A program made the position numbers and the translations under genes. A stretch of 40,007 nucleotides of DNA from NCBI GenBank assembly GCA_964015895.1, contig CAXHFO010000001.1:1-40007 (forward strand), written 5' to 3'. The notes beneath the pieces are model-generated. The model saw only the letters and a list, made by a program, of their open reading frames with translations, was not told where the DNA came from and did not search any database. This document shows positions 7,747-16,793 of the stretch, one piece after another (the stretch's first letter is position 1; each line of letters starts with the position of its first letter). This DNA comes from an uncultured Candidatus Poseidoniales archaeon. GTDB lineage: Archaea > Thermoplasmatota > Poseidoniia > Poseidoniales > Poseidoniaceae.

Positions 7747-9162
7747 TCAAATCACTGCAGTAAGTTTTTCGCCTGAGAATTCATACTTTTCAAAGGCCTT
7801 CATAGCCAATGATACCTTTGAGGAGTGGACACTGACTAATGCATAGTTCTCTACCAACTTAATTTGACCAATGGCTAATTCATCACAACGCATCTTTTCT
7901 GCTAGCCACATTGAAATTTTTCGGCTAGAGGAAGTAATACCATTGCTTGAGGTAATCTTGATTGGTACAAAGCCAAATACATCTGCGGTTTCGAGATAAT
8001 CATCTTTGTATTGGACTGCGTCCTTTGAGTCACCATCGGCTAGTTTAGGTACTTCGACTTCCTTAATATCAAGTCCGTATGTGGCAATAATTCTAGATAA
8101 TTGACCTGAATCATTTTTCGAAACTAGGCTCCAAGCTTGTCCTTCTCGACCAATCCTACCGGTTCTTCCGACTCGATGGATGAAGCTGTCCATGTCATCG
8201 GGAACATCATAATTTACCACTAAAGTGATACCATCTACATCAATACCTCTAGCAGCAACATCTGTTGCTATAATGGTGTTAATTTCTCCAGCTTTGAATG
8301 TGTTCAGAATCTTTTCACGTTGATTTTGTGACAAATCTCCGTGCAGTCCTTTGACCTCAATTCCAGCCCTTGATAGTTTTTGCACTGATAAATCAACCAT
8401 TCTTTTGGTATTACAAAACACAATTGTTTGATCGCTTTCGCTCATATTGCTAAGTAATCTTGAGAGAGCCCACAGTTTGTTTGCTCGCCCAACTTTAATG
8501 CTAAACATTTCAATAGGCGGCACGTCTAATTCTTCAGTATTGGTTAAGACAAATTCTGGGTCTTCCATGAATTCGTATGCTGCATCAAGGATTTCTTGTG
8601 GAAAGGTAGCAGAAAATAGTAATGTTTGAGTTCTATTATTCATTCTCTCAATGACCCAATTAATGTCTGGAAAGAAACCCATGTCAAGCATTCTATCGGC
8701 TTCATCTAAACAAAAAATAGAGGGTTTATCTAAGTCGATATACTTTCTTTTAGTCATGTCCATTACACGACCGGGGGTTCCAACAATAATATCGACTCCA
8801 TCATTTAATTGACGAGCCTGTTTTTCTAAGTCTGTGCCACCATATACAGTGATAATAGTCAAACCTAAGTCTCCTTGGATAGTATTCATTTCAATTGACA
8901 CTTGATTGGCTAATTCTCTAGTAGGTGCTAAAATCAAAGCTTGTAACTCACCTTTAGGTTGGCATGCTTGGATTATTGGAATACCAAAAGCACCGGTTTT
9001 TCCTGAACCAGTTCGTGCTTGTCCAATTACATTGGAACCTTCTAGAGCCAATGGAATGGTGTCTTTTTGCACTTGTGTTGCCAATTCCCAACCGAGTCCA
9101 GTTAGTCCTGAAATGATTGATTGGTTGATTGGCCAGTTGTCGAATCTTTGTTTTGTGAACAT
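7747..9162 (-). CDS. DEAD-box ATP-dependent RNA helicase with a C-terminal DbpA-like RNA-binding extension
   Basis: Motifs: Q motif region, AQTGSGKT-like ARTGSGKTGAF, PTRELA, DEAD (CLDEADRML), SAT (FSATFP) and HRVGRTGRIG. A strong SD-like GGAGGTGA precedes the ATG. Confidence 0.9.
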   Translation of the reverse strand: MFTKQRFDNWPINQSIISGLTGLGWELATQVQKDTIPLALEGSNVIGQARTGSGKTGAFGIPIIQACQPKGELQALILAPTRELANQVSIEMNTIQGDLGLTIITVYGGTDLEKQARQLNDGVDIIVGTPGRVMDMTKRKYIDLDKPSIFCLDEADRMLDMGFFPDINWVIERMNNRTQTLLFSATFPQEILDAAYEFMEDPEFVLTNTEELDVPPIEMFSIKVGRANKLWALSRLLSNMSESDQTIVFCNTKRMVDLSVQKLSRAGIEVKGLHGDLSQNQREKILNTFKAGEINTIIATDVAARGIDVDGITLVVNYDVPDDMDSFIHRVGRTGRIGREGQAWSLVSKNDSGQLSRIIATYGLDIKEVEVPKLADGDSKDAVQYKDDYLETADVFGFVPIKITSSNGITSSSRKISMWLAEKMRCDELAIGQIKLVENYALVSVHSSKVSLAMKAFEKYEFSGEKLTAVI

Positions 9163-9166
9163 TTTT

Positions 9167-9174
9167 TCACCTCC
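9167..9174 (-). promoter_or_regulatory. Shine-Dalgarno-like GGAGGTGA, 4 nt upstream of the helicase ATG
   Basis: Minus strand reads GGAGGTGA-AAAA-ATG. Confidence 0.5.
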
Positions 9175-9190
9175 GCCCAGTTTATGTCAT

Positions 9191-9213
9191 GGACCACCGG
9201 ACGGCGGCGGTCC
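9191..9213 (-). promoter_or_regulatory. GC-rich hairpin (9-bp stem, 5-nt loop) in the spacer between the 71-aa gene and the helicase gene
   Basis: Minus-strand RNA GGACCGCCG-CCGUC-CGGUGGUCC. The single imperfect position is a G-U pair on the minus-strand transcript but an A-C mismatch on the plus strand, which favours function in the sense RNA. Confidence 0.4.
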
Positions 9214-9222
9214 TCCATTTAA

Positions 9223-9438
9223 TCAAAAGTTATCCTGCTCGGCTATTTCTTGTTGAAGAATACCCATCCAATACTTACGGGCATTCTCTCTATTCAAAGG
9301 TCTGCGAGTCTGACGAACATGCTCTAAGATGTATTGTCTAAACTTCAAAGACTTCGTTCGATTGACACCTTTTGGAGTAATTCCATCCCAAAGTCTGTCA
9401 AATTGTTCAGCCTTATCATTGAATTGTGTGTCACTCAT
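9223..9438 (-). CDS. Small basic hypothetical protein (71 aa)
   Basis: Clean ORF between the HEAT-repeat gene and the helicase gene on the same strand. No family recognised. Confidence 0.5.
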   Translation of the reverse strand: MSDTQFNDKAEQFDRLWDGITPKGVNRTKSLKFRQYILEHVRQTRRPLNRENARKYWMGILQQEIAEQDNF

Positions 9439-9507
9439 AACTACACCTTATGCAGTTTGGCCAACAACGGCCCCTTCTTAACAATGCCGACACTAGATAA
9501 CAGGTAA

Positions 9508-10800
9508 TCAGTACTCATCATCGTCATAACCCATCATTTCATCTTGTGAGACACTGCGGTACAAACTCGAAATCTTAGGGTTGTTGGAATTTGATTCAGT
9601 AGGTTGTTGCGCTAATTTTTCTTCAACCTTCTTATCAGGTAAAACAGGTTCTAAACCAATTCTTTTACCCGCTGCTTCAGCGACTTCACGATCTAATTTA
9701 GGGACTGCAGGAGCGGGGGCTAAGAAGCGGTTCTTAGTTGCTTCAGAACCCTCGAGAGAGTCATCTGTTGCGAGTTGATTTAGTGATTTAATTAATTGCG
9801 AATCTGTTTCTGTCTTCAATAAGTCAATAGCGATACCACGCAGGACTTCCTCGCCGTACAGTATTGGTAACATATCAATACATGCCTTCCTAACATTCAG
9901 GTCTCTTGATGAAGCACCTTTGAGAATCAATTCCTTTGCTCGCCCACTATCCTTGTCTAGTAATCTAATCGCTTTAACGGCACTAACTCTTACCTGCGAA
10001 TCTGAGTCGGAAAGGGCTCTTTCAGCAAGTATTGTAGCAATTCTAGTATCAGCCTTTGCTAGCCTTGGAAGTGTTTTGGCTGCCGCTCGCCTAACGGATG
10101 GTTCGTGATCATTTAACGCCCATGAAATTAGGTCCCAACCGGCTGAGCCCCCTTTTGTTAAAATTTTTCCAAGTAACTTAGCCCCTCTAGTTCTCAATTC
10201 TGCATCGGGTTCAAGAAATAATTCGTCAATGTGGTCACAAGCAACCTCTGGCCAAGCCTCACAAAGCAAATCTAGGCCTTTAAATGCGGCCTTACTTCTA
10301 TTTTTATTGGCTGACCTAAGTTCGTTGTGGATAATTATATCGACACCTGAAGGGAATACTGGAGCGGATACTGAGAGTGCCTCACTAGCAGATGTTCTTA
10401 CTGAAAGATCATCATCATCAAGCAAAACGGACAACCAATCAAACAGTTCATCAGATTTCTGAGTGGCAACCTCGGGGAGTGCTTTGAGTGAAGCGACACG
10501 AATTTGAGGTTCATCATCCTCAAGCCCGAGAAGTAGTGCTTTATGTGCTTCATTAGCTCTTGCACCCTTAATCCTAGTCAGTGCCATAATGCCATCTTTG
10601 CGTGTCAAATGGTAGTCTTTAGAACGCCAAGGAATCTTACATTCTTCTATTTCCCCGGTGGCCAATGGAATGATATCTAGATCTGGAATTGCCATCCAAG
10701 GGCCCTGTTCAGTTTCGATATACTGCTTCTTGGATTTGGACCGAGTAACATTGAGAGGTTTCCCAGTACGGGGGTCTCTCGCAATGTACTCTTTACTCAC
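9508..10800 (-). CDS. HEAT (PBS-lyase type) repeat protein with an acidic C-terminus
   Basis: At least six repeats of the D-x-(D/E)-x-x-V-R-x-x-A-x-x-x-L type: DDEPQIRVASLKAL, DDDLSVRTSASEAL, DHEPSVRRAAAKTL, DSDSQVRVSAVKAI, SRDLNVRKACIDML. Confidence 0.75.
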   Translation of the reverse strand: MSKEYIARDPRTGKPLNVTRSKSKKQYIETEQGPWMAIPDLDIIPLATGEIEECKIPWRSKDYHLTRKDGIMALTRIKGARANEAHKALLLGLEDDEPQIRVASLKALPEVATQKSDELFDWLSVLLDDDDLSVRTSASEALSVSAPVFPSGVDIIIHNELRSANKNRSKAAFKGLDLLCEAWPEVACDHIDELFLEPDAELRTRGAKLLGKILTKGGSAGWDLISWALNDHEPSVRRAAAKTLPRLAKADTRIATILAERALSDSDSQVRVSAVKAIRLLDKDSGRAKELILKGASSRDLNVRKACIDMLPILYGEEVLRGIAIDLLKTETDSQLIKSLNQLATDDSLEGSEATKNRFLAPAPAVPKLDREVAEAAGKRIGLEPVLPDKKVEEKLAQQPTESNSNNPKISSLYRSVSQDEMMGYDDDEY

Positions 10801-10902
10801 AACAACTCCCCTGCGACCTGTGCAAGATGACTGTAGACATGAACCTGTTGATTAAATACTGCAATTATGAACAATTAGATTGAAAAGGTTTTGATTTGTG
10901 TG

Positions 10903-11487
10903 ATGGATGTGACCGATGAAGATTATGATGATATTCGCCGAGTCATAGCAATATGCTTTCGCGGCATATCAAAAATGTCAGATATAGACTTAGAACGTGT
11001 ATTATCATTTGATATGGAATGGCTAAGCCCTGAACAATCTGAACAAGTTGTTAGTAAATTAATGGAAACTGGATGGCTAAAAGGGAATCGAGATGAGTTG
11101 AGCCCTAGTTTTGATACCAAAGGAATCTCGACGCCAATTGGTTGGTTTCCTAGACCTTCTAGACTGATTTCACCGGCTGATTTTGGGGAATCGCCAAAAG
11201 TTGAAGTAAACCAATCAAGTTCTCAAACTCCTACTGCAAAACCTAGTTCAAAAGTCATCAATGAAGTACTATCTGAAAACCATTCAACAGACCCGAGGAG
11301 TAAGATGGCAGCCCGCTTGAAGAAATATATTGCCCGTCAAACAAAGATTCCTGTAGAAGAAATTGAAAGAAGAGCTGAGCGTAAACAAAAAGCGCTTGGT
11401 TATGCTACTGTGTGGTTAGCTCTAGCACTGGTTGCAAGAGAACAAAATCTTGCTATGGAGCAAATTATTACAGCTTTATCAAGCTAA
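10903..11487 (+). CDS. Conserved archaeal hypothetical protein (possibly DUF2240-like)
   Basis: ATG at 10903 is preferred over the TTG at 10891. It has an N-terminal helical domain, a Ser/Pro-rich linker and a C-terminal helical domain. The family assignment is from memory and weak. Confidence 0.4.
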   Translation: MDVTDEDYDDIRRVIAICFRGISKMSDIDLERVLSFDMEWLSPEQSEQVVSKLMETGWLKGNRDELSPSFDTKGISTPIGWFPRPSRLISPADFGESPKVEVNQSSSQTPTAKPSSKVINEVLSENHSTDPRSKMAARLKKYIARQTKIPVEEIERRAERKQKALGYATVWLALALVAREQNLAMEQIITALSS

Positions 11488-14082
11488 ATCATCGAGTTGG
11501 GGTTCAAATTCTTTCTCAATAACTTCTTCTTCCTTACTGCGTGCAGATAATTCCATAAGCACTGGCAATAGTACCAACGCAAGTAGTAAAGAAAACACAA
11601 CTGTGATCGCAGTGATTAAACCGAAATCTTGGATAATTGGCATCGGTGAAAATAGTAATACCATAAATCCTAATGATGTTGTTAAAGCACTCATTATCAA
11701 AGCGACCCCAGTTGTGGATATCGAAGCTCTGAGTGCGTCCCAGTGATTGTTTCTACGCTTTAATTCAACTTCAAAACGTCGCCACATATGAATTGAATAA
11801 TCTATACCGATGCCCAAAGTAAGGGCCGTAACCATTACAGTTAATACATTCCATTTTAGCCCAATTGCCGCCATAGAACCAACCACCCAAAGCGACGCGA
11901 TTCCGACAGGGAATAGAATAACTATGGCGGGCATAATTCGTCTAGTCAATAAGAACAACACCAAAAAGGATACAGCAAGTGAAATTAATGTTGATTCGAT
12001 TTGCGAGGAGGATAATCCGTCTAAAACAGACTGAAGCATTGCTAAATCACCAGTTACGTACAAATTGGCATTATTAGCAAGATTATACCTTAAAGTACCT
12101 GATTTATCTACATCTCCAAGCATGTTTTCAAATTCTTTGACTACTTTTTCTGACTCTGCAGAAGTAGTTGCTTCAACTCTGATTTCATTTCTAAGATAAA
12201 CTACTTCACCATCTTCCAGATAAACACTGTGGCTTATTCTATCTGCCCATGTTTCCCCACTGAGGGCGTCAGCAATTGTTTGATTAGAAGACAATGAATC
12301 AAAGGCTGCTGCTAGATTACAAGGAAAGTCATAGTCCTTTACATAGACACCACCATCCTGGAACACCTCTAAATTGTGTAGATCGCCAAATGCTGAATCT
12401 CTTATGACCGCATCCCGCAAAATCACATACGGACCCTCGTATGACGGAGATGGGAAGGTCCCATCCGTACCTACAACATCATGATTTGATTCTAAATCCC
12501 CATGAAAACCTCTTAACTCAGTCAGCAAATCAGCATTAGCGGTGATTTTATCATTGCCATCAGATGGTTCAAACAAGACATATATTAACTTCCAACCAGC
12601 ACTATCATAATTATCAGACAGGTCATCTCTAACGTCCATTATTTCCATTTCTGGATCAACGAAATCTCCAAGATCAAAATTGGTTTCGAGTGATGCTGCA
12701 CCAAATATAGAAGCACCTGAGAGAAATACTACCACTAGGAAAATACCAACTTGTTGTTTCTGCTGAACTTTCACTATATTATTAGTTAGACCAGGCATTG
12801 TGAAGGCACGGGATTCGCTTGACCTCGGTTTACTGTTGAAGAATACATGCAGTGCGCCAACAACAACTGTTGAAGTAATAAATGCGCATACAACACCCAT
12901 TGCTAAAGCAATACCAAACGTTGTCAGCGGTGGAAGGGGAGAGATTATATTAGACAAAAACGCTGCTACCGTTGTTATTACCGCAAGAGAAAGTGGGACT
13001 GATAATTTAGCACAAGCCCTAAGCCAGGATTCCGCTGGGTCCGGGAATTGCTCTCTTAGAGCACTGTTGGCTCTCTGGAGATGTATGGCATAATCAATTC
13101 CAAGACCAAGAACCAAAGGTGCAACTGCCACCTCTAAAGCCGAAAATTCTACTCCAAACAGATTTAGTAACCCGTAGGTCCAAATCAGTGCACAAGACAA
13201 TCCAACAAGCGGGAAGGTTACGTCACGTGCTGATCTAAACGTGAAAATTAGTAAGACTACTACTACTAACATGGCAAGCCCAACCAACAGAGCCACGTTA
13301 TCCAGTGTCCTGCTATCGATATCATGTGACAATAAGTCTAGTGATACAACGCCATAATCAATGGATGATTCTGCTGAGATTCCATCTAGTAATTTGCGAA
13401 TTTCTACTTGTATTTCCTTTCTCTGTGGTTCACTCAATTCGGGGTCAATTTCCAAAACCCACAGTGTCGAAGATGCTAAAGGAGTTCCATCGCCTTCGCC
13501 TGAGGATAGATAGTCACATGTTGGATTGATATCGAGGTCTTTATTGAGTAATGCAGACGAAGCATATGTTGCGGCTGAGAGAAATTGATCGTCACTGGTA
13601 AGCCTGCATTCAACATCATCTGCCGCAATCAAATCAATCAATTCATTCCAAGAACTAATATTGTCAAGTTTTACACCATTGGCTTCTTCATCTAAAGCTG
13701 TTTGCAAAACACTTGGAGTAGTCGTCCAAACCACAACTGCATCATCTGAATCTGTTGATAAATTTTCGATTGCTCTTAAATGAACATTCATTTGTTTAAT
13801 GTTGTCTAAAGATAAGATGTTTTGTCCAGCATCAGATGTTACATCAATAAACATCGGACGGGTCTCATTTGGAAAGTTCTCGTGAATTCTTTCATGAGCA
13901 GTTTTTGCATTAGACTCTGGTGTAAACGCATCTAAATCGGTATTAAAGCTCGGCGGCGAGGTTGCTAAGTTACCTAATAAGACAACTGTGATAAGCAAAG
14001 TTGCAATAATTATGGGGACAGAAAGTTTTCTAAATCTGCCAGCAAAACCAGCCATGGACTCCTCAAGTTTCATGGTGTCCAT
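11479..14082 (-). CDS. RND-superfamily (MMPL/COG1033-type) exporter, paralogue 1
   Basis: Two-fold repeated architecture: TM, large loop, 5 TM, done twice. The RND motif appears in each half: LGLGIDYAIHLQR and LGIGIDYSIHMWRR. Confidence 0.85.
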   Translation of the reverse strand: MDTMKLEESMAGFAGRFRKLSVPIIIATLLITVVLLGNLATSPPSFNTDLDAFTPESNAKTAHERIHENFPNETRPMFIDVTSDAGQNILSLDNIKQMNVHLRAIENLSTDSDDAVVVWTTTPSVLQTALDEEANGVKLDNISSWNELIDLIAADDVECRLTSDDQFLSAATYASSALLNKDLDINPTCDYLSSGEGDGTPLASSTLWVLEIDPELSEPQRKEIQVEIRKLLDGISAESSIDYGVVSLDLLSHDIDSRTLDNVALLVGLAMLVVVVLLIFTFRSARDVTFPLVGLSCALIWTYGLLNLFGVEFSALEVAVAPLVLGLGIDYAIHLQRANSALREQFPDPAESWLRACAKLSVPLSLAVITTVAAFLSNIISPLPPLTTFGIALAMGVVCAFITSTVVVGALHVFFNSKPRSSESRAFTMPGLTNNIVKVQQKQQVGIFLVVVFLSGASIFGAASLETNFDLGDFVDPEMEIMDVRDDLSDNYDSAGWKLIYVLFEPSDGNDKITANADLLTELRGFHGDLESNHDVVGTDGTFPSPSYEGPYVILRDAVIRDSAFGDLHNLEVFQDGGVYVKDYDFPCNLAAAFDSLSSNQTIADALSGETWADRISHSVYLEDGEVVYLRNEIRVEATTSAESEKVVKEFENMLGDVDKSGTLRYNLANNANLYVTGDLAMLQSVLDGLSSSQIESTLISLAVSFLVLFLLTRRIMPAIVILFPVGIASLWVVGSMAAIGLKWNVLTVMVTALTLGIGIDYSIHMWRRFEVELKRRNNHWDALRASISTTGVALIMSALTTSLGFMVLLFSPMPIIQDFGLITAITVVFSLLLALVLLPVLMELSARSKEEEVIEKEFEPQLDDLA

Positions 14083-14204
14083 ATGATGTCCACAGAGATT
14101 AGGTAAAAAAGCAAGGCGGTTGTTAGATTATCAAAAGCCTTAAAATCGAGGATTCTTATGGGACAAGGTTCAAAACAAGATGGCTTTTCGGATGGGTGTT
14201 CGTC

Positions 14205-14462
14205 ATGCCAGTTAAGGTACTTATCAAGGAAAAAAATGAGCTGAGACTGAGAGTCGTCGGAGAAAGCCACACCAGTTTGCAAATGCTTAGAGAGCGATTA
14301 AACAAACACAAAGACATCGAGTATGCAAATTACTTCCCTGGGCACCCTGAATTGGATGACCCTGAATTCTATATCCGAACTGCATCTAAGAAGGCTGCAG
14401 GTAAAGTTTTGAACGATTTAGTCAGTTCTATCGCTAAAGAATTTTCTGATGCAAAGCTTTGA
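14205..14462 (+). CDS. rpoL: DNA-directed RNA polymerase subunit L (Rpo11)
   Basis: LRLRVVGESHTSLQMLRERL...EYANYFPGHPELDDPEFYIRT matches the Rpo11/RpoL pattern (E-x-H-T-x-x-N-x-L-R, HP...P). ATG at 14205. The track start is a GTG at 14196. Confidence 0.8.
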   Translation: MPVKVLIKEKNELRLRVVGESHTSLQMLRERLNKHKDIEYANYFPGHPELDDPEFYIRTASKKAAGKVLNDLVSSIAKEFSDAKL

Positions 14463-14473
14463 AGGCGATATAG

Positions 14474-15874
14474 ATGTCTAATTTAGATCCTGTGGCTAAA
14501 GCCATAGGACTGGAAGGTTTTGCTACCAAATCTAATGGTATAGGCGGAGTTCTAAAAGCTCGTGTTTCCGATTTTAGGGTCGATGAAGTGGCCACACCTA
14601 TAACCTATGATTCGCGTGGTCGATTTACTGTTGCAAGAGTAACACTGACCAATTGGGAAACCAACAAATTTTGTAATAATTTATCAAAGCGCTTAGGGAT
14701 TTCAAGAAATCGAATATTTTTTGCTGGAACAAAAGACAAAAGAGCAATAACGCAGCAAATATTCATAATAGACTCTGTACAACAAAAAGTCGCTCAAGTT
14801 GAAATCCCTGATGTGGAGATTGAGATTTTAGGTAGAACCCATCAAAAAATTGGTTTTGGCAACCACCGTGGAAATAGATTCACTATTGTTGTTAGAGGAT
14901 GTTGCCACGAAGATGGAACACCTATGAGTGAGCAAGAAGCAATGGAAGAAGTTGAAAATATAAGGAGTAAATTGATTGATTCTGTTGGTGATGGATTGTT
15001 TCCCAATTGGGTTGGACCGCAACGATTTGGCTCTGGAAGGCCAGTTACGGCAGAAGTTGGAAAGCATGTATTGAATGGTGATTTTAAGCAGGCAACTCTT
15101 ACTTATCTGTCTATGGAAGGATATGAAGAAAATACTGAAGTCGCTGAGTTTAGAGCCTACATTAGAGAGAATGGAGCGGTAAAAGAGGCGATAGATTTGG
15201 CCCCGAAATGGCTTGGTTTTGAAAGAAGAATGCTTGAACATCTAATCGACAACCCAGATGATTACCTTGGGGCTTTTAGAAAATTACCTAACAACCTTCA
15301 ATTAATGACGATTCATGCCGCTCAATCTATTATTTTCAATAAATCACTACACCATAGAATAGCCGCTGGATTACCAATATCATCACCAGTTGCTGGCGAT
15401 TTAGTGGGTAGAGTTGATGAAAAAGGCCAACTGGATGTTGCCAGTTGTGTTACCGTGGATAATCGCACTTTACCTAGAATCACCAGAAATTGCCAATTGG
15501 GTAGGTTAGTTACGACCGGCCCATTACCTGGCAGTGAAATCTACACCTCATCAGGGGAAAGTGGAGAGATAGAACTTGAAGCAATTACCGATTATGGACT
15601 GAATCAAATCGATTGGCAAGTCGAAGAAATACCACGTTTGTCATCAAAGGGCACTCGAAGAGCTTTAGTAACAAGTTACCAAGAATTATTCGTTGATGTT
15701 GTACCTATTGCCCTAGACGAATCATTGGGAGAAAAATGGCAACAGGGGCCAAAGGAAAATAGTCGATGGCATCCTGAAGGCGCTTGTTTGAGATTTCGAT
15801 TCACGTTATCTTCGGGAAGTTATGCCACGACGCTGCTAAGAGAATTTATGCAGTGTCCGTTGAATCAGTTGTGA
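14474..15874 (+). CDS. truD: tRNA pseudouridine synthase TruD/Pus7 family
   Basis: FAGTKDKRAITQQ carries the TruD catalytic Asp motif (GxKDxxAxTxQ). Also RVSDFRVDE near the N-terminus and RRAL near the C-terminus. Confidence 0.85.
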   Translation: MSNLDPVAKAIGLEGFATKSNGIGGVLKARVSDFRVDEVATPITYDSRGRFTVARVTLTNWETNKFCNNLSKRLGISRNRIFFAGTKDKRAITQQIFIIDSVQQKVAQVEIPDVEIEILGRTHQKIGFGNHRGNRFTIVVRGCCHEDGTPMSEQEAMEEVENIRSKLIDSVGDGLFPNWVGPQRFGSGRPVTAEVGKHVLNGDFKQATLTYLSMEGYEENTEVAEFRAYIRENGAVKEAIDLAPKWLGFERRMLEHLIDNPDDYLGAFRKLPNNLQLMTIHAAQSIIFNKSLHHRIAAGLPISSPVAGDLVGRVDEKGQLDVASCVTVDNRTLPRITRNCQLGRLVTTGPLPGSEIYTSSGESGEIELEAITDYGLNQIDWQVEEIPRLSSKGTRRALVTSYQELFVDVVPIALDESLGEKWQQGPKENSRWHPEGACLRFRFTLSSGSYATTLLREFMQCPLNQL

Positions 15875-16147
15875 TCAAATAAGACCCATTGAAAGAACTT
15901 CTATTTCCCCGACGCCTGCTTTTGCAGACATCAAAGCTTCGAATTCATCAGTAAGTCCTGGACCATCATTCATAACAACATGAACTTGAACGAATTTGAG
16001 TCCAAACGCCAGCGGCTTAACTTCTACTTGTTGGACATCATAGACCTCGTTGGCTAAGCCTTTGATGTAATCTGCTATGTCGTCAGGATTTACATCCTCT
16101 ACATCTGAATCTGGATTTAATTTGTAAGTCATTACTACTAGTCCCAT
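15875..16147 (-). CDS. ef1b: Translation elongation factor aEF-1 beta
   Basis: 90 aa. KPLAFGLKFVQVHVVMND...GEIEVLSMGLI resembles aEF-1beta (IAFGL...V). It is followed by the usual Zn-ribbon partner gene. Confidence 0.8.
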   Translation of the reverse strand: MGLVVMTYKLNPDSDVEDVNPDDIADYIKGLANEVYDVQQVEVKPLAFGLKFVQVHVVMNDGPGLTDEFEALMSAKAGVGEIEVLSMGLI

Positions 16148-16156
16148 AGTATCACC

Positions 16157-16327
16157 TCAAGGTCCTTGATATCCGCATTGTGTGCAGTTGTAAAGAACAC
16201 CTTGATTTCTGCACCGAGGACTTCTACCGATTGATTCTTCATTACAGCCAGGGCAAGGGAATGATGTAGACCCTTCCTCGACTAACGGAACTCCAGATGA
16301 TGTACAATTTACTGCTTTCTCACTCAT
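16157..16327 (-). CDS. Small Zn-ribbon protein (COG2888-like, the usual aEF-1beta neighbour); not in the ORF track
   Basis: Manual translation: MSEKAVNCTSSGVPLVEEGSTSFPCPGCNEESIGRSPRCRNQGVLYNCTQCGYQGP (56 aa) with CPGC...C and CTQC knuckles. It lies directly upstream of ef1b on the same strand. Confidence 0.8.
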   Translation of the reverse strand: MSEKAVNCTSSGVPLVEEGSTSFPCPGCNEESIGRSPRCRNQGVLYNCTQCGYQGP

Positions 16328-16418
16328 GAATATGCCTCAGGAACAAACTTGCCCACGACCTTCCCTTCTTTATGGTTGCGTGAGATTACAAAACATAAAT
16401 TCGCGATAATTAGTAAAT

Positions 16419-16763
16419 TTATCTGTCTATTATTCTCAAATTACCTGTTGAACCAGTGCTGACAACTAACTCTCCGTCACGCATTTGACACCAACCTGAT
16501 TCGATTCTAACGATGTCACCAATTCTTATTTGATCTATTTGTTCATTCCACAATATCAAACCAACAAGTCCGGTCTCATCCCTGCCACAAGCGGCGGCAA
16601 CAGGACCAGTGTAAGATTCGGAATAGATTAGTCTACGGGGATATATTCGTAACATGATTAGATCTAGTTGGCGAACTGGCCTGTTGGGTCTTAGATCAGC
16701 GACAAACTGTCGTCCTTTTTTGTACACTTTAGGTTTGGTAATTAGCTTATTATTCTTCTTCAT
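16419..16763 (-). CDS. OB-fold nucleic-acid-binding protein (Ssb/RPA-like single OB domain)
   Basis: Basic N-terminus followed by a beta-rich segment, VAAACGRDETGLVGLILWNEQIDQIRIGDIVRIESGWCQMRDGELVVSTG, typical of small archaeal OB-fold proteins. Confidence 0.55.
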   Translation of the reverse strand: MKKNNKLITKPKVYKKGRQFVADLRPNRPVRQLDLIMLRIYPRRLIYSESYTGPVAAACGRDETGLVGLILWNEQIDQIRIGDIVRIESGWCQMRDGELVVSTGSTGNLRIIDR

Positions 16764-16793
16764 ATACCGAACATTGTCATTAATGTTGATAAA

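Noticed and set aside
14070-14282. 70-aa minus-strand ORF overlapping the RND start and rpoL
   Set aside because: It overlaps two supported genes and has no motifs.
14828-15241. 137-aa ORF antisense to truD
   Set aside because: It is a shadow frame of a motif-supported gene.
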